NCBI RefSeq assembly: GCF_009914755.1
Contig: NC_060942.1
DNA length: 64,000 nucleotides
Origin: the human T2T-CHM13v2.0 reference genome, Homo sapiens
Strand: one strand, 5' to 3'
The position numbers were made by a program, and so were the translations under genes. Each line of letters begins with the position of its first letter. Position 1 is the first letter of the stretch. The notes under the pieces are model-generated. The model ran no database searches, was not told the DNA's origin, and saw nothing but the letters and a program-made list of their open reading frames with translations. Shown in pieces: positions 13,280 through 25,421 of the stretch.

Positions 13280-14450
13280 TAAAGGATTTAGTTAAAGTGG
13301 AGTGGGACATCCCTGAGCGAGGCAAGAGAGAACATAGTTAAATTCATTTTATAATAGTCACTCTGACTACCATATGGACAATAGAAAGGAGAGTGACAAA
13401 ACAGAATCAGAAGCCAAATCAGGAGAGGACTCCAGAGTAGGGACTTGGGTGAAGGTGATAATAGAGATGAAGAGAAGTGGATGAATTCTAGCAATATATA
13501 TTTGGAGTTACAGGTTTGTTTCTATGTTAGAACATCCAAATGCATAAGAAATTATAGGATATGAGGGCAGGGGATTTAAGGAGAGGGAAAAATCAAGACT
13601 GATTTCTAGCTCAAGAAATAGAAAATATAATCTCTTTTAAGAGGTGAAAACTTAGTGATGAATGTTTTTGGCATAAAAATTCAGAGTTCAGGGCATACCT
13701 AGTACAAGATACCTGTGAAAAGGCTAAATGGAGATGTCAAAAAGGCTGCTGGATATACAAGCCTGGGTCTCAAAGGTAATGGTTGGACTTGAGATGTAAC
13801 TGGAGTTTAATCATCTAGAAAATGTGTGACCATGGGATTCAATGAACTCTTCCAAAGAAAGGAAGAGAAGAAAGAAAAGAGAATGTAGGATAAAGACCCG
13901 AGGTACACCAGCATTTAGATCAGATGGAGGAGGAGAAGTAGGCACAGCAGATAAGCAAGAGTGGCCAGAGATAGGAGGAAACCAAGAAGAGCATCTTGTC
14001 ACAGAATTAAGTGTAGAAAGTCACGCCAATAAAATAAATGTCAACCACATTTCATGCTGATGCATGATAAAGTTAAATGAGGGCTGAAAATTGTCTATGG
14101 GCTCTAGAACCATGGAACTCATTGGTAGCGTACCATACTTAACCTGGTTATGCTTGGAGTAGTGCAGATAACGTCTGCCTTCCATGTAGGATCATTAGTA
14201 GTGATTATTTTCATTCTCAACAGTTCATTGACAATAAACCACATGATCCCCTTGGTCACTCGTGACTTTGAAAAGAGTAGTTTCAACAGAGTGGTTGTGG
14301 TGGAAGTCAGAGTGGGATGTAAACAGGAAGCAAGAAAGCTGCATCAGCTCATGCAGACAAGTCTTAACTATGAAAGGAAGCAGAAGAGAGAGAGCTAGAA
14401 GAGGCTCCAATGTCAAGGAAGGACTTTTTCAGTATGTTCAAAGTACATGA
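13280..14450 (-). mobile_element. L2 LINE fragment
   Basis: GAGATGAAGAGAAGTGGATGAATT, GGAGATGTCAA..GGCTGCTGGATATAC, GTGACTTTGAAAAGAGTAGTTTCA..GTGGTGGAAGTCAGA. Confidence 0.8.
14126..14252. mobile_element. MER94-like hAT-Blackjack MITE inserted in L2
   Basis: About 127-bp interruption of L2 with degenerate TAGGGTGACCAT-type ends (TAGCGTACCAT... / ...ATGATCCCCT) and core ATTAGTAG..TTTCATTCTCAACAG..GACAATAAA. Confidence 0.55.
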
Positions 14451-14753
14451 TGATAAAAATGATCTTTCTGTGAGCACAAGATAATGAAGGAAAGAAAAAA
14501 CTGAAAGACCAAAGTTCCTGGGGGAAAAACAGATTAAATCTAGAGAGAATTGCTATTAGAACTCTCACTTTATATTATAGAGAGGGAAAGACCATGATTT
14601 TTTAGTGGTAAACAATGGATAACAATTTTTTGCTTTTAAATTTTTCTGATATTTCTCAACACTAGTTTATCATACAATGTTCAGGACTATAATTTTAGTT
14701 AGCATACTGTAATCACTCTTAAAAATTATGATAGCCCCTCTAATAACTTAGAT

Positions 14754-15070
14754 CAGCATTTTAAAACTGTGACTCCAAAAAATGCTAGTGTTTCTTGAAC
14801 TGTTGAAAGTACTCCGAGGCAAGAGGGTTCCATGATCAAATAAATTTGAGAAACACTATATACTCTATCTTTTTCTCACATATTCACAATGGTCCACAAT
14901 GTATACCCCAGTTTAATTTTGTTCAACCAAGGATTTCCTCAAAATCAGATATGGAAATTCATTCCAAAATATATTCCCATGTAAGTATGCACACATATTC
15001 TGCCAATTTTCTGAGCATTCATGTAGCCTCAAAATACCCAAACCAACTTGGAATTTGGAAGAGCAAGGTA
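14754..15070. mobile_element. hAT-Charlie fossil (MER103-like)
   Basis: GAGGGTTCCATGATCAAATAAATTTGAGAAACACT core. Confidence 0.5.
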
Positions 15071-16529
15071 TTATCTTCAAAGCTTATCCAGTGACTTTAG
15101 AGATTACCTCTAATTCATCCTAGAATTCCTATGAATTATTTTTTCTCTCAGAAAAATATCCCTCTGTTACTTTTTCTATGCTTTAAACTGGTTGCCACCT
15201 TTGATAAAATAATACAGGCAATGCTACAGTGACTTTTAATACTTTTTATGCAAATATTGTCAAAGGTTTTAGAAAGTCTATTTTATTCTTATGTTCCCTT
15301 TTATCTACATGCATATTTATTCCCTTGTACAACTCTAGAAGATCAAAAAGCTGTCCCAATTTGAGAGGAAAAATTACAGTGCTACAGAAAGAGCCAGAGG
15401 CTGTTCCTCCACAGAGCTTGAACTAAAATGGAATAAAATTAAATAGAAAACTTTTTTTCATGGGGTATTTCCAACAACTTTGGATAGTCTTTTGGAATTT
15501 GGGCCAGAAATGTGTTTAAACATGTTAAATATGAAAAAAGTTTGGTGGGGGAAAAAAGTAGGAGTAGAATATTTTGTAAATATGAAGTTTTGTGCTTCAT
15601 CTTTAAAAATGTTTTCAAAGAAACTTAAATTTTTAGACCAACAAAATTCAGAGTATGTACAATTTCTATTTGCAGTGCAAATAAAATTTGATTTGTAATA
15701 CCGAAATTAGTCCAAATTTCAGATAAGAGAAAATTAGTTATAAAATATTTCATGAAGCTAAATCTAAACCATAAATGTTAATAAAAATCACTTCTAGGTA
15801 GCTAATGTTGTTACAGAACATTACATGACTTCCAACTCACTGGCCCTTTGTGGAGCCAAAATAGTACATAGCAAACATACTGAACAATAAAATAATATAT
15901 GATCAATACTCTTGCATAGAATTCACCTTTGGCCAAAAAGCATCAGAGCAAATTAAAATCTCAGAGCCTCTTTATCTAGTTATTTAAATGTAGTCTAGAG
16001 GATTTTTAGTTCATTTCCATTAATATATATGGAAAGTCAAAAAGTCTTTTAATTAAGAGCCAAGTCTAATCACCTCTAATGCTTTTGCAATATCTTTGAC
16101 AGAGGATATCCAAGGACATGAAATTGAACAATTCACATGCCATGTTTATTAAATCGCTTCAGAATAAGATTGTCTATTCCCACAAGACAATCAGAGAGGT
16201 CAAAAGACTCCATCACAGATTTTCACAATCCACCTAAATCCTCATGTTTGCATATGATCTATGTTAATTCTAACAATCCTTCATTGTTTTAAGGAAAGAC
16301 AAAACAGAAGTCAGTTGTATTGATTAACACCAATTAATAAGTATGAACCAATTATCTACTAACATGATAAAGGATATAAAAAATAAGCAGTATGTCCTTA
16401 AAATACAGCTAATGATCTCTAATGTCAGGTAGCACAGGCCTTACACGTAGTAGGTACTCAAAATATACTGATTTGCATGTGACAAATAATTCAAGATTAT
16501 ACCAAATTTCATGCTAAACTATTTGGTAG

Positions 16530-16705
16530 ACACTGGCAATTATCACAGGGTAATCAGACCAACAGCATCAGCATCGCCTGATGAAACCCCTCCCTCTACC
16601 TCGGACCAAATTGAATCCGAAACTCTAGGGTGGAACCAAACATCACTGTTTTAATAAATCCTTCAGGTGAATCTGATGTGCACTACAGTTTGGTAACCAC
16701 TGGCA
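16530..16705. mobile_element. MER5A hAT-Charlie
   Basis: GACCAACAGCATCAGCATC..GAAACTCTAGGGTGG..CAGGTGAATCTGATGTGCACTACAGTTTGGTAACCACTG. Confidence 0.8.
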
Positions 16706-17074
16706 TAGACTATAGAAGCTAGTTGTTCTGGAACAGCAAAGGAAATTACTGAGGCCAGAATGACCAGAAAATGCTTCATTAAGGAGGTACTTGATGAAGC
16801 TGCTTGTTCAGAGTCAGGCTACTTGCTCCCACAATGCAATTAAGATGATGAAAGGACCTAAAGCACTGATTGTTATAATCAGAAAGATTAAACAAACTTG
16901 GTCTGTACTCATGCTGACATCATTTACATAAGAAAAACGAGGGTGCAATTGCTCTAGGTAAAATAACATGGGTGAAAGAACTTTTTGGGCAGCAGAAAAT
17001 GCTAAAGTATGGTCAGGTTTTGAGGTGGAGAGCAAAATAGAACATAAAAAGATTCTCTGGCAAAATCCAGCTGA

Positions 17075-17466
17075 CACTAGCTAGATGCATGCTCATAACA
17101 CAGGAGACCACACTTCCGAGCCTCCCCTGTGGTTAGAGGAGAGCTGATGACTGGGTTCTAGCCAATATAATGTCACTTGCCTGTGATATTTGTCCCACCT
17201 AGGCCTAAAAAGCACATCTCCATGTGATTTTGTGACCCTCTCTTCCCGTCCTTCATGACAGTGGAAACTCCAGGTTTGAGAGTGGGATTATCACACCATA
17301 GAAGGAGCCTAGATCCTTGTACCACTGCCTGAAGGAACACAACCCAGCAGAGCCACCCACGCAGGAGTAGACCAGGAACAGGTGTAAAAAACAAACCTTG
17401 TGTTAAGTTTCTGAGATTTTGGAGTTGTTACCACAACATAGCCTAACCTACTCTTACTAAAACACA
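17075..17466 (+). mobile_element. MaLR LTR (MLT1J-like)
   Basis: CACTTCCGAGCCTCCCCTG..TGACTGGGTTCTAGCCAAT..GAGATTTTGGAGTTGTTACCACAACATAGCCTAACC..CTAAAACA. Confidence 0.75.
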
Positions 17467-17944
17467 GAAATAACCAAGTGATGTCACAGCATGTTTGTGA
17501 CATTCAAGGGAAAAATTCATCAAAGCCAAGGAGAAGCCACAAGATCCTATCCTACTGTTCTAAGCAGTTGAATCAATCAAATTCTCAGAGCCAGAGAATT
17601 GTCTTTTTAATTTGCAAGTTTGGCCAATGGACTCTTTTTGCCCCTTCACTTACAATTGAAATTCAATAGACATGTACAGTGGGTTCTTCCAGTTCAGAGA
17701 AGTAACACTCAGAGTATTCCCTCCTAAAAAGACTTAGTCTTCTAAGTGCATGATGGAACAGGTCATTTGTCCTCAAGCCCTCTGAGTGAATTGGATTTGA
17801 TAAATATTTTCACTCTGGCAGCAAAATAACAGCAGTGGCTTCACAATCAAGAGTTGAATGAAGGATGATAATTTTGGCCATTCCTGCATGATCTTCCGTA
17901 GTCTTTTTGTAAGTAACTGAATCTCCATACCATAATACTAGATA

Positions 17945-18405
17945 GTATGATTCAGTCAGGGTATTCAGAAAAGCCACTCTAGGTATCCTGATTAGGAGAT
18001 TGCAACAGGAAATTGGAGGCTTACACAAACCATGGGAGGGCTGCAGGAGCCATGGTCAGGAGGGCTGCTGGATTTCAGGAAATCGGGAGTCAGAGGGTAG
18101 TCTCACTAATAATTTCAGCTCCCTGCTGCCCCAGTTGTGGATCCTCAGATGCATAGAAGTTGCCATGATGATATCAGTTGCCCACAGTACAGGAAGACCC
18201 CAGAAACCACTCACAAAACTCTACATCTGCCATCTATCAATGCCCACATACCTTTCCTCAGCTGGTGCTGGAGAAGAATGGCTTGTCCCTCCCATACACC
18301 TTCCAGACTTTACCAAAGTGACTCTCATTTGCATAAAGTAACTGAAACCTGGCTGATTAGGAATTTGAAAGGTTTAATTTCCGTGTTTCTAGCCCCCAAC
18401 GTACA
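17945..18405 (-). mobile_element. Old ERVL-class LTR fragment, subfamily uncertain
   Basis: CAGTCAGGG..GCCACTCTAGGTAT..ACAGGAAATTGG..TTACACA resembles the reverse end of old ERVL LTRs. Confidence 0.45.
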
Positions 18406-19071
18406 ATGGAAAAAAAGAAGAGTAGGAACAGTGTTTATTAACAGACAAAAATCTGACTCAGAATGAGATGTATAAATGAAAAAGACAACAGTGGACATGA
18501 AGCTAGTTAAACCTTCTTTGTAAAACTACTCTTGGGGCTGTGTTGGCATCTTGGACACATGCCCAAGTGAAGCCTGGCTATGGCAGTTGAGGTGGTTGCC
18601 TTCAAATATATTGATTGCTTTCCCAAAGTATTGGTGGCAACTGACAAAAATCAACTCTGGTTAACCAGAGGGAATGTCTAGAGAAATTTCTCTTTACTAT
18701 TGGACATTTGGTTTTTCTTGTGTTAATCAGTTCATAACAGAAAACCAACTCAGATTACTTTAAACAAAAAGGCAATTTCTTGACTCCTATATGTAAGAAA
18801 TTCAGGTGTAGAGCAGGCTTTAGACATGACTAGAGATCCAGGAATTCAGGAGATGGTATCAGGGTGTTGGGGCTGTGTTTCCTTTTTGCATCTCATAGCT
18901 CTGTTTTTCATTCTTGGTTTTACATTCCAGAGCAATTCATTATGTGGCAGACAAGATGGCAACTGCAGGCTCTCACCTATCTGAATTTGGCAACCTCAAA
19001 AGAAAAAGAAAAAAATCTTCTCTCTTTAAAATCACTCCCAGAGAGGAATTTGATTGCTCTGGGAATGGGAC

Positions 19072-19300
19072 TTTTATGCCAAGTGTCAGATTCCAGCTCA
19101 AGCTGAGGACCAAGGGGAGTGAACATGAGCTCATGTGGATGATCACCTAATGTGCCTCATGTGGCATGGTTACATAATGTACCCCATATGGCATGGTTAC
19201 ATAATATGCAGAGTTGTGTGCCCTCACTCCAAACCTGCTGAGTCATGCTGTGCCAGAAAGCCACACTGGCCTACTCCTAAGTGAAGCCATCTCCCTTACA
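19072..19300 (-). mobile_element. 3' LTR (LTR18) with an internal deletion of about 200 bp
   Basis: Shares TTATGCCAAGTGTCAG..CAAGCTGAGGACCAAGGG and TGATCACCTAATG..GCCTACTCCT..CCATCTCCCTTACA with 21666-22105. Confidence 0.88.
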
Positions 19301-19629
19301 CTCCACCCCCTAGGCTGAGGGCATCCTCCAGGCAGGGACACATGCCCACAAGGCAGAGCCCTGAATTAATAACCCACAACAATACAGAGAGCAAAAGCTC
19401 CAGGTTATGGCAGGCAACCACCCCATGGTGATGTTATCCAAATGTTGCTTTATACATTAAGCCAGGTTTTCCACTCCCCTGCCTTCAGGGGTATTGGGGC
19501 AAGTAACAACAGGTTACCATTCATCCCCACACCTGGTCAGAGGAGGTCATCCTTCCTCCCATAGGTTTTGCCACATGGCTTGCCCCCACATGGGCCAGTG
19601 ACCAAATGGTCACTTCTGTAACTTCTAGG

Positions 19630-20700
19630 TAGTTAACCACAAGCTTAAGCCTTGATAGACTTCCCAGCTATTGGTACACATTATCATAGGTGTCACCTCC
19701 TTGGTGATCACCATCCATACTGCCCTGAGGTCAGCCCATTGGCTACTTTGTCCACACCCAGTTTCAAAACATATGGTGTCAGTACTATATTGGACTGCAA
19801 CAGTGGTCAAGCAACAGTAGCACCTTGGCTAGACCCGTCTGTGTACCATGCCCTTTCAGGAATGGGGGTATGCCCTTCCTTAAATGGTGAAGGCTCAGGG
19901 TCTAGGAATGACTCAGGCCCCATGGCCTTATCCTGCATTAGGGTCCCAAGACCTCCCGCAACTCTGCTGCTAAGAGACTTGTACTCAGCATTCTCCACTG
20001 CTCCAAATAGGTTCCCCACTTTGCCAAAGTGGACGTCTGAGCTGTCCCAGTGTGGGGGCCCATTACCCATGAACACACCCATCCCACTATAAGGTACGTT
20101 ATCCATATGACGACTGTAGCCCATTCTGCCACACTTTCATAAGCCTAAAGGGCAGCATACGCAGTTACTAATTGCTTCCCTATCAATGAATACTGGAGCT
20201 CAGCTCCATAGTTGGGACCAGAAGCCTACTGGCATTCTCAAGTAGTCCATGTGCTGGTCCAAAACTATCTGTGGTCACATGCACAACAAGTCTAAATGGT
20301 GCCCCTGGTTAATTACCCATAGGGCTTGTGCCTTCTGAACAGCCCACTTGGCTGCTAGAAAGTCTGTCTCAGCCTCATCATCTTAATTCTAGGCAAGGGG
20401 AGCATTGCCACTTCCAAATCTGCAAGAGAATCAGAGGTTAACATAATATCATTAACAAGACCATGACATATGGTGAGGCTATACACATAGCCCTTCAGAA
20501 ACCCTGTGAAAGTCCATTGTAGCCCTCCCAGGAAGGCAAACTGTTCCTGACTCTCTGGAAAAGAATGCATTAGCCAAGTTCACCATGTAGTGGTACTGTC
20601 CAATTCTGTCATCAAGCAGTCCATCAAATCTGTGATAGATGGGATAGCTGCCAAGTGGTATAAAACATCTACCCCAGAATGTATTCATGTATGGGAGAGA
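19630..20700 (-). pseudogene. pol: ERV pol remnant (RT and RNase H), frameshifted and deleted
   Basis: Translations LANAFFS, ESQEQFAF..QWTFTGFLKGYVYSLTICHGLV-NDIML (decayed RT motifs) and AWYTDGSSQG (RNase H first motif). Confidence 0.8.
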
Positions 20701-20779
20701 CATACACAGTGCATGAGTGGGGAGCCAAGCAGCTGACGCTGAGGTACAGAGATACAGGTTTCACTTTCACTGACTGGTC

Positions 20780-21640
20780 TTCATAACCATCTATGCAGCC
20801 TTGCCTGGAAACTTATCTGGGTGCAGGGACCAGTGGATTGCCAAGTCCACATGTGGCCTCCAGTCATCCTGTGTCCTCCCAAGTTGGGAACCTTGGCCAG
20901 TTCCCTCATAAAACAGGAAAGGCTTTACACCCCTGCCTGGCTGCAGCACCCAGTCTTTGAACTGAAATGCCCAGGGGGGGACCAGGTCACTCAGCAATGT
21001 CCTCCTCCCCCTTGGGCATTTTCTGGAATTGCTTCTCTGGAGACAACTGTCTCCACAAAGTTAAGAATACTTCATTGGGCTGCTTATCAATTCTTTCCTG
21101 GTCAACCCTGGCCAAAATCAAATCTATGCACCTCTGTGAGTGTGTCACTCATTGGGGCCCCCTTTTCTCCCATGGCAGGGGCTCCTGTGGGTGGGGTATC
21201 ATCTTCTCCTTCTTTACTTTGTGGACACCCAGGTCCTGCCAATGGCCTCCTTGGTATGAGACCAAGTGGGGGTCTCCAGCCGAGACAATGGAATCAGGCC
21301 TGCATTCACAGCAGCCTCTAATTCTTTTTGCAAGTTCTGGATGCCCCACCTGCACCTGGAGGTCCCCATTCATGGAAGTCTCTAATTCTTTTGCTGAGCT
21401 GTGTAGCCAGGCCTCCAGGCATCCTACCTGCATCTGGAGGGCTCTTACCTGTGCTGCATCCCTCAGGGACTGGGTGTGTACTTCTCATAGCACAGTCAAA
21501 AATGCCCATTTAACTCTGCCGGCAAAAGCTCACTCCTCAGTGCTCTGCACTCCCAGCTGCTTCAACACCTTCTCCATGCTCGTGGAGGACCCATCTACCA
21601 CCACCCAGGTCTCCACCGGAGCCCATCTGAGTAGCACAGC
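20780..21640 (-). pseudogene. ERV leader plus gag/pro remnant
   Basis: Lies between PBS and pol; only fragmentary ORFs (e.g. DDWRPHVDLAIHWS, protease-region-like); assignment mainly positional. Confidence 0.5.
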
Positions 21641-21645
21641 TTGGG

Positions 21646-21663
21646 ATCCTGTTCGTGATGCCA
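21646..21663 (-). promoter_or_regulatory. Primer-binding site complementary to the tRNA-Ser(CGA) 3' end
   Basis: Minus strand TGGCATCACGAACAGGAT; matches 17/18 nt of the recalled tRNA-Ser end ATCCTGTTCGTGACGCCA (one CpG transition); 2 nt from the LTR. Confidence 0.8.
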
Positions 21664-21665
21664 AT

Positions 21666-22105
21666 TGTTATGCCAAGTGTCAGGTTCCAGCCCAAGCTGA
21701 GGACCAAGGGTAGTGGGTGGACCAGTGGCGGGTAGCTAGAAAAATACTTGAGGAATCCTAAACAGTTTTGACATGGCTTTTACTTTCTCTCCAGGCATGA
21801 GCCATGGGCACAAGCCATGGGCCTGAGCCTAGGTGCAAGCTGAACTGGCACAAGCCCCATGTACAGCATCAGCAGGGTAGTTATACCCTTTATGAACAGT
21901 AGTGGCTCCAAGCCAAGCACAAACTCACATGGGTGATCACCTAATGCACCTCACAGGGCGTGATTACATAATGTGCCTCATGTGGCATGGTTACATAATG
22001 TGTGGAGTTGTGCACCTGCGCTCCAAACCCGCTGAGTCACACTGCAGTGGAAAGCCACCTTGGCCTACTCCTGACTAAAGCGCAGCCATCTCCATCTCCC
22101 TTACA
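21666..22105 (-). mobile_element. 5' LTR (LTR18), complete
   Basis: Minus strand begins TGTAAGGGAGATGG..GCTGCGCTTTAGTCAGGAGTAGGCC; TATA-like GGGTATAACT near 21880; AGTAAA poly(A) signal at 21778-21783; ends in ACA. Confidence 0.9.
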
Positions 22106-22364
22106 CTCTACTTGAACCAAATGGTCACACATCCATCCCTAAAGCCAATCACTCTGGCCAGAAGAATGGATTGCTCTGATTGGATAGGTAAGTTTCAATA
22201 ATTGATAGCTCCCCAACACTAGCAGCCCCCAACCCTCCACAAAATAATCAGACAAAGAAGACTAGGAATGCCCGCTGAGATAACAATCCACATCAATTGG
22301 ACTGACTGGTGATAATGGGTAGAAGTGGAGAACTGGAGAAGCGAAGGGAGACCAGATTTGTGTA

Positions 22365-23512
22365 CAGTCATATTTTGCTTGAGGAAGGGGATACTTTAAG
22401 AAATGCATTATTGAAATGATTTTATCTCTATGTGAACATCAGAGTGTCTTACGCAAGCTTTGATGGAATAGCTTACTGCACACTTAGGCTATGTAATATA
22501 GACTGCTGCTCCTAGGCTACTAACCTGTATACCATGTTACTGTACTGAATACTGTAGGCAATTGTAACAATGGTATTTGTATATCCAAACATAGAAAATC
22601 AATAATAAAAATACCATATAAAAGATTTTTTAAATGCTCACTTGTCTGGGGGTCTTACCATGAATGGAGCTTGCAGGATTGGAAGTTGTTCTGACTGTTT
22701 CAGTGAGTGAATAGCAAGTGAATATGAAGTCTACTACTGTAGACTTTACAAACACTGTATACTTAGGTTACACTAAAATTTAAAAATATATTTTTCTTTC
22801 TTCAATAATAAATTAAACTTAGCTTATTGAAACGTTTTTACTTTACAAATTTTTAGACTTTTTGACTCTTGTAATAACAGCTTAAAACACATTGTATAGC
22901 TGTACAAAAATACTTTTTAATATTCTTATTCTGTAAGTTTTTTTCTATTCATTTTTTAAATTTTTTACTTTATATTTTGCTAAAACCTAAGACACAAACA
23001 CACACATTATCCTAGGCCTAAACAGGGTCAGGATCATTAATATCACTCACTGTCTTCTTCCACCTCTACTTTTTCTCCCACTGAAAACTCTTCAGGGGCA
23101 GCAACAGATATGGAGCTGTCATCTCCTATGGTAATAATGCCTTCTTCTGGAATCCCTCCTGAAGGACCTGCCTGAGGCTGCTTACAGTTAACTTGTTATA
23201 TAAGTAGAAGGATTATACACTAAAATAATAATTTAAAAGTATGGTAAATACATAAACAAGTAACATAGTAATTTATCAAGTACTATGTACTGTATATAAT
23301 TGTGCTATACTTTTATACAACTGTCAACACAGTAAGTTTGTTTATACCAGTATCACCACAATCATGTAACTATTGTGTTGTGCTATGGTGTTATTACAGC
23401 TATGACATCACTAGGCAATTAGGAATTTATCAGTTCCAACATAATCTTATGGGGCCACCGTCATACATGTGGTCCACCATTGACCAAAATGGCATTATGC
23501 AGTTCATGACTG
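22365..23512. mobile_element. Tigger3b-like TcMar-Tigger DNA transposon
   Basis: TA-CAGTCAT ... ATGACTG-TA ends with TA TSD; internal CTCCTAGGCTAC..GTTACTGTACTGAATACTGTAGGCAATTGTAACA. Confidence 0.9.
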
Positions 23513-25096
23513 TATACAGTGCAAGAGGATGAAGTCATCTAGAAGGGAAGAGGTGGGAGGGGAAAGGAGACTGCATAAAAAGGGCAAGAAGGATGAGAAA
23601 AAAGAGGGAAAAAATAGAACAGAAGCTCAAATGTCTTTCCCCTTTGCCTTTTCTCTTTCCACTGCTCCCTCTTCTCTTGTCTTCTTCTCCATTCCCCATC
23701 ATCTATCTCCTCAACTCAGCTTTCTACTATGCAACCTCAGGAGCAGGATTTCCTCACTTTTCCCAAGAACTTTAAGAATTACTCATCTGTTAATAATCAT
23801 TCTCTCTTAGTTTATGAACTCTGGTTTCTAAGAGAAAGAATCCTATTTCCTCAGCTTTGGTTAGACGTGCAGTTCAGAGCAATCAATCAGCCACATCCTG
23901 GTGACAAGGTGTTATGTTTCAAGAAATGTAGTCCTGAGATGCTCATACACTCTAGTATGTTACAGCTTAACCAGACACATGTGTCTATGTTGTCATTGCT
24001 CTCTAGAGATTTCCATATCAGAACACTGAATACAAGGCATAGGAATAACAGTTGGGAAAAGTGAGTCTAAGCCTTTCTCCCGTATCTATAAAAATTTTGA
24101 CTTTTAAAATGTAGCTCAGATGTAAGTGGGAAGAAAATAGGACAAATAATGAACTCTGGATCTGTTGTGGACAGGAGGATGATTTAAAAGCGTTACATAA
24201 AAAGAAAACATGGCATCCATATTTCTGTCTAAAAAGAGATTCATTTTTATCTCAGACCTCAGTCTGACAACAGTAAGAAGTTTTTAAGAACTACCTCCAT
24301 GACCAAAGAACAGGTAATAACTGCCATTGAAACAGAAAGGTAAACAAAGAGAACACAAAGCCTGTGCAAACAGAACAGAAAATTATTCCCGGGGATGAAG
24401 GCTGGCAGCGGAGATCTTCATGGTATACTGTGTTCCTGGACTTTCCACAGGTACTGGTCCCCAGGGAACAGGACCCACCTCACCCATGTCTTTTATCAGC
24501 TTGCCAAAGCATTCCAAAATTTCTAAACAAAACTCATCAGGCTGGAATGCATACATAGGTCAGCGCCGCACTACTTTGTCTACTTTGCCAGTAGACAGAG
24601 CTATTCATTAGCCAGGTCCCAGTCCCAAGTCAGAGAGCTGATCAGTATCCCACTCCTCCTCCCTGTGATTCCATAACCCTGTATGTCTCTCTCACAGTGT
24701 GACCCTCTTTGTTTCCCAGAATCAGCATGGGGACTACATAGCTATAAGTCCTCTTTTCTTACTGTGTATTAACCAGTCTTTCTATATGAGTAGTTCTCCA
24801 TATTCCTCTTCCCAAGGTTGTCCTCCTTTTCCCACCAATAAAGCCACATGTATTCCTTTCCCTCAGAGCTTACCTATTTTCTATTTTAGCCATTAGAGTG
24901 GCTGGAAGATTTGTATTGTAGCTACAATCTCTAACAAGCTCACGGGTTAAAAACAGAGGGAAATTGAGCTTCCTGCTCTTATGTCAGGGAGCATTAACAG
25001 AATCTTTATAAGGCCATGTGTTGCATAACAAATTGTAAGTAGTACCATAAACAAGGATGAGATGCTTACAATTAATTTTCCAAAAAAGGAATAATA

Positions 25097-25421
<325 letters not shown>

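Larger units (their letters stand above)
19072..22105 (-). mobile_element. Internally deleted endogenous retrovirus, LTR18/HERVL18 (HERV-S, class III), two LTRs
   Basis: Direct-repeat LTRs at 19072-19300 and 21666-22105; tRNA-Ser PBS next to the right LTR; polypurine tract at 19301-19312; RT and RNase H remnants inside. Confidence 0.9.
18721..22200 (-). mobile_element. MaLR LTR (MLT1K/L-like) split by the LTR18 provirus
   Basis: Left part ACAGAAAACCAACTCAGA..TTTAAACAAAAAGG..AAGATGGCAACTGCAG; right part GGTCACACATCCATCCCTAAAGCCAATCACTCTGGCCAG..GCTCTGATTGG after 22105. Confidence 0.7.

Noticed and set aside
15420-15700. AT-rich 3'UTR-like stretch ending in AATAAA
   Set aside because: No upstream exon, poly(A) tail or TSD; AATAAA is frequent at this base composition.
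21646-21663. tRNA-Ser-like sequence ending in CCA
   Set aside because: Only 18 nt and next to an LTR; it is a PBS, not a tRNA gene.
20967-21713. 248-aa plus-strand ORF and neighbouring 146-166-aa ORFs
   Set aside because: Antisense to the ERV internal region in GC-richer sequence; no recognisable domain.
21795-21860. Degenerate 12-bp tandem units in the 5' LTR
   Set aside because: Looks like a short variable tract within LTR18; no independent evidence of function.
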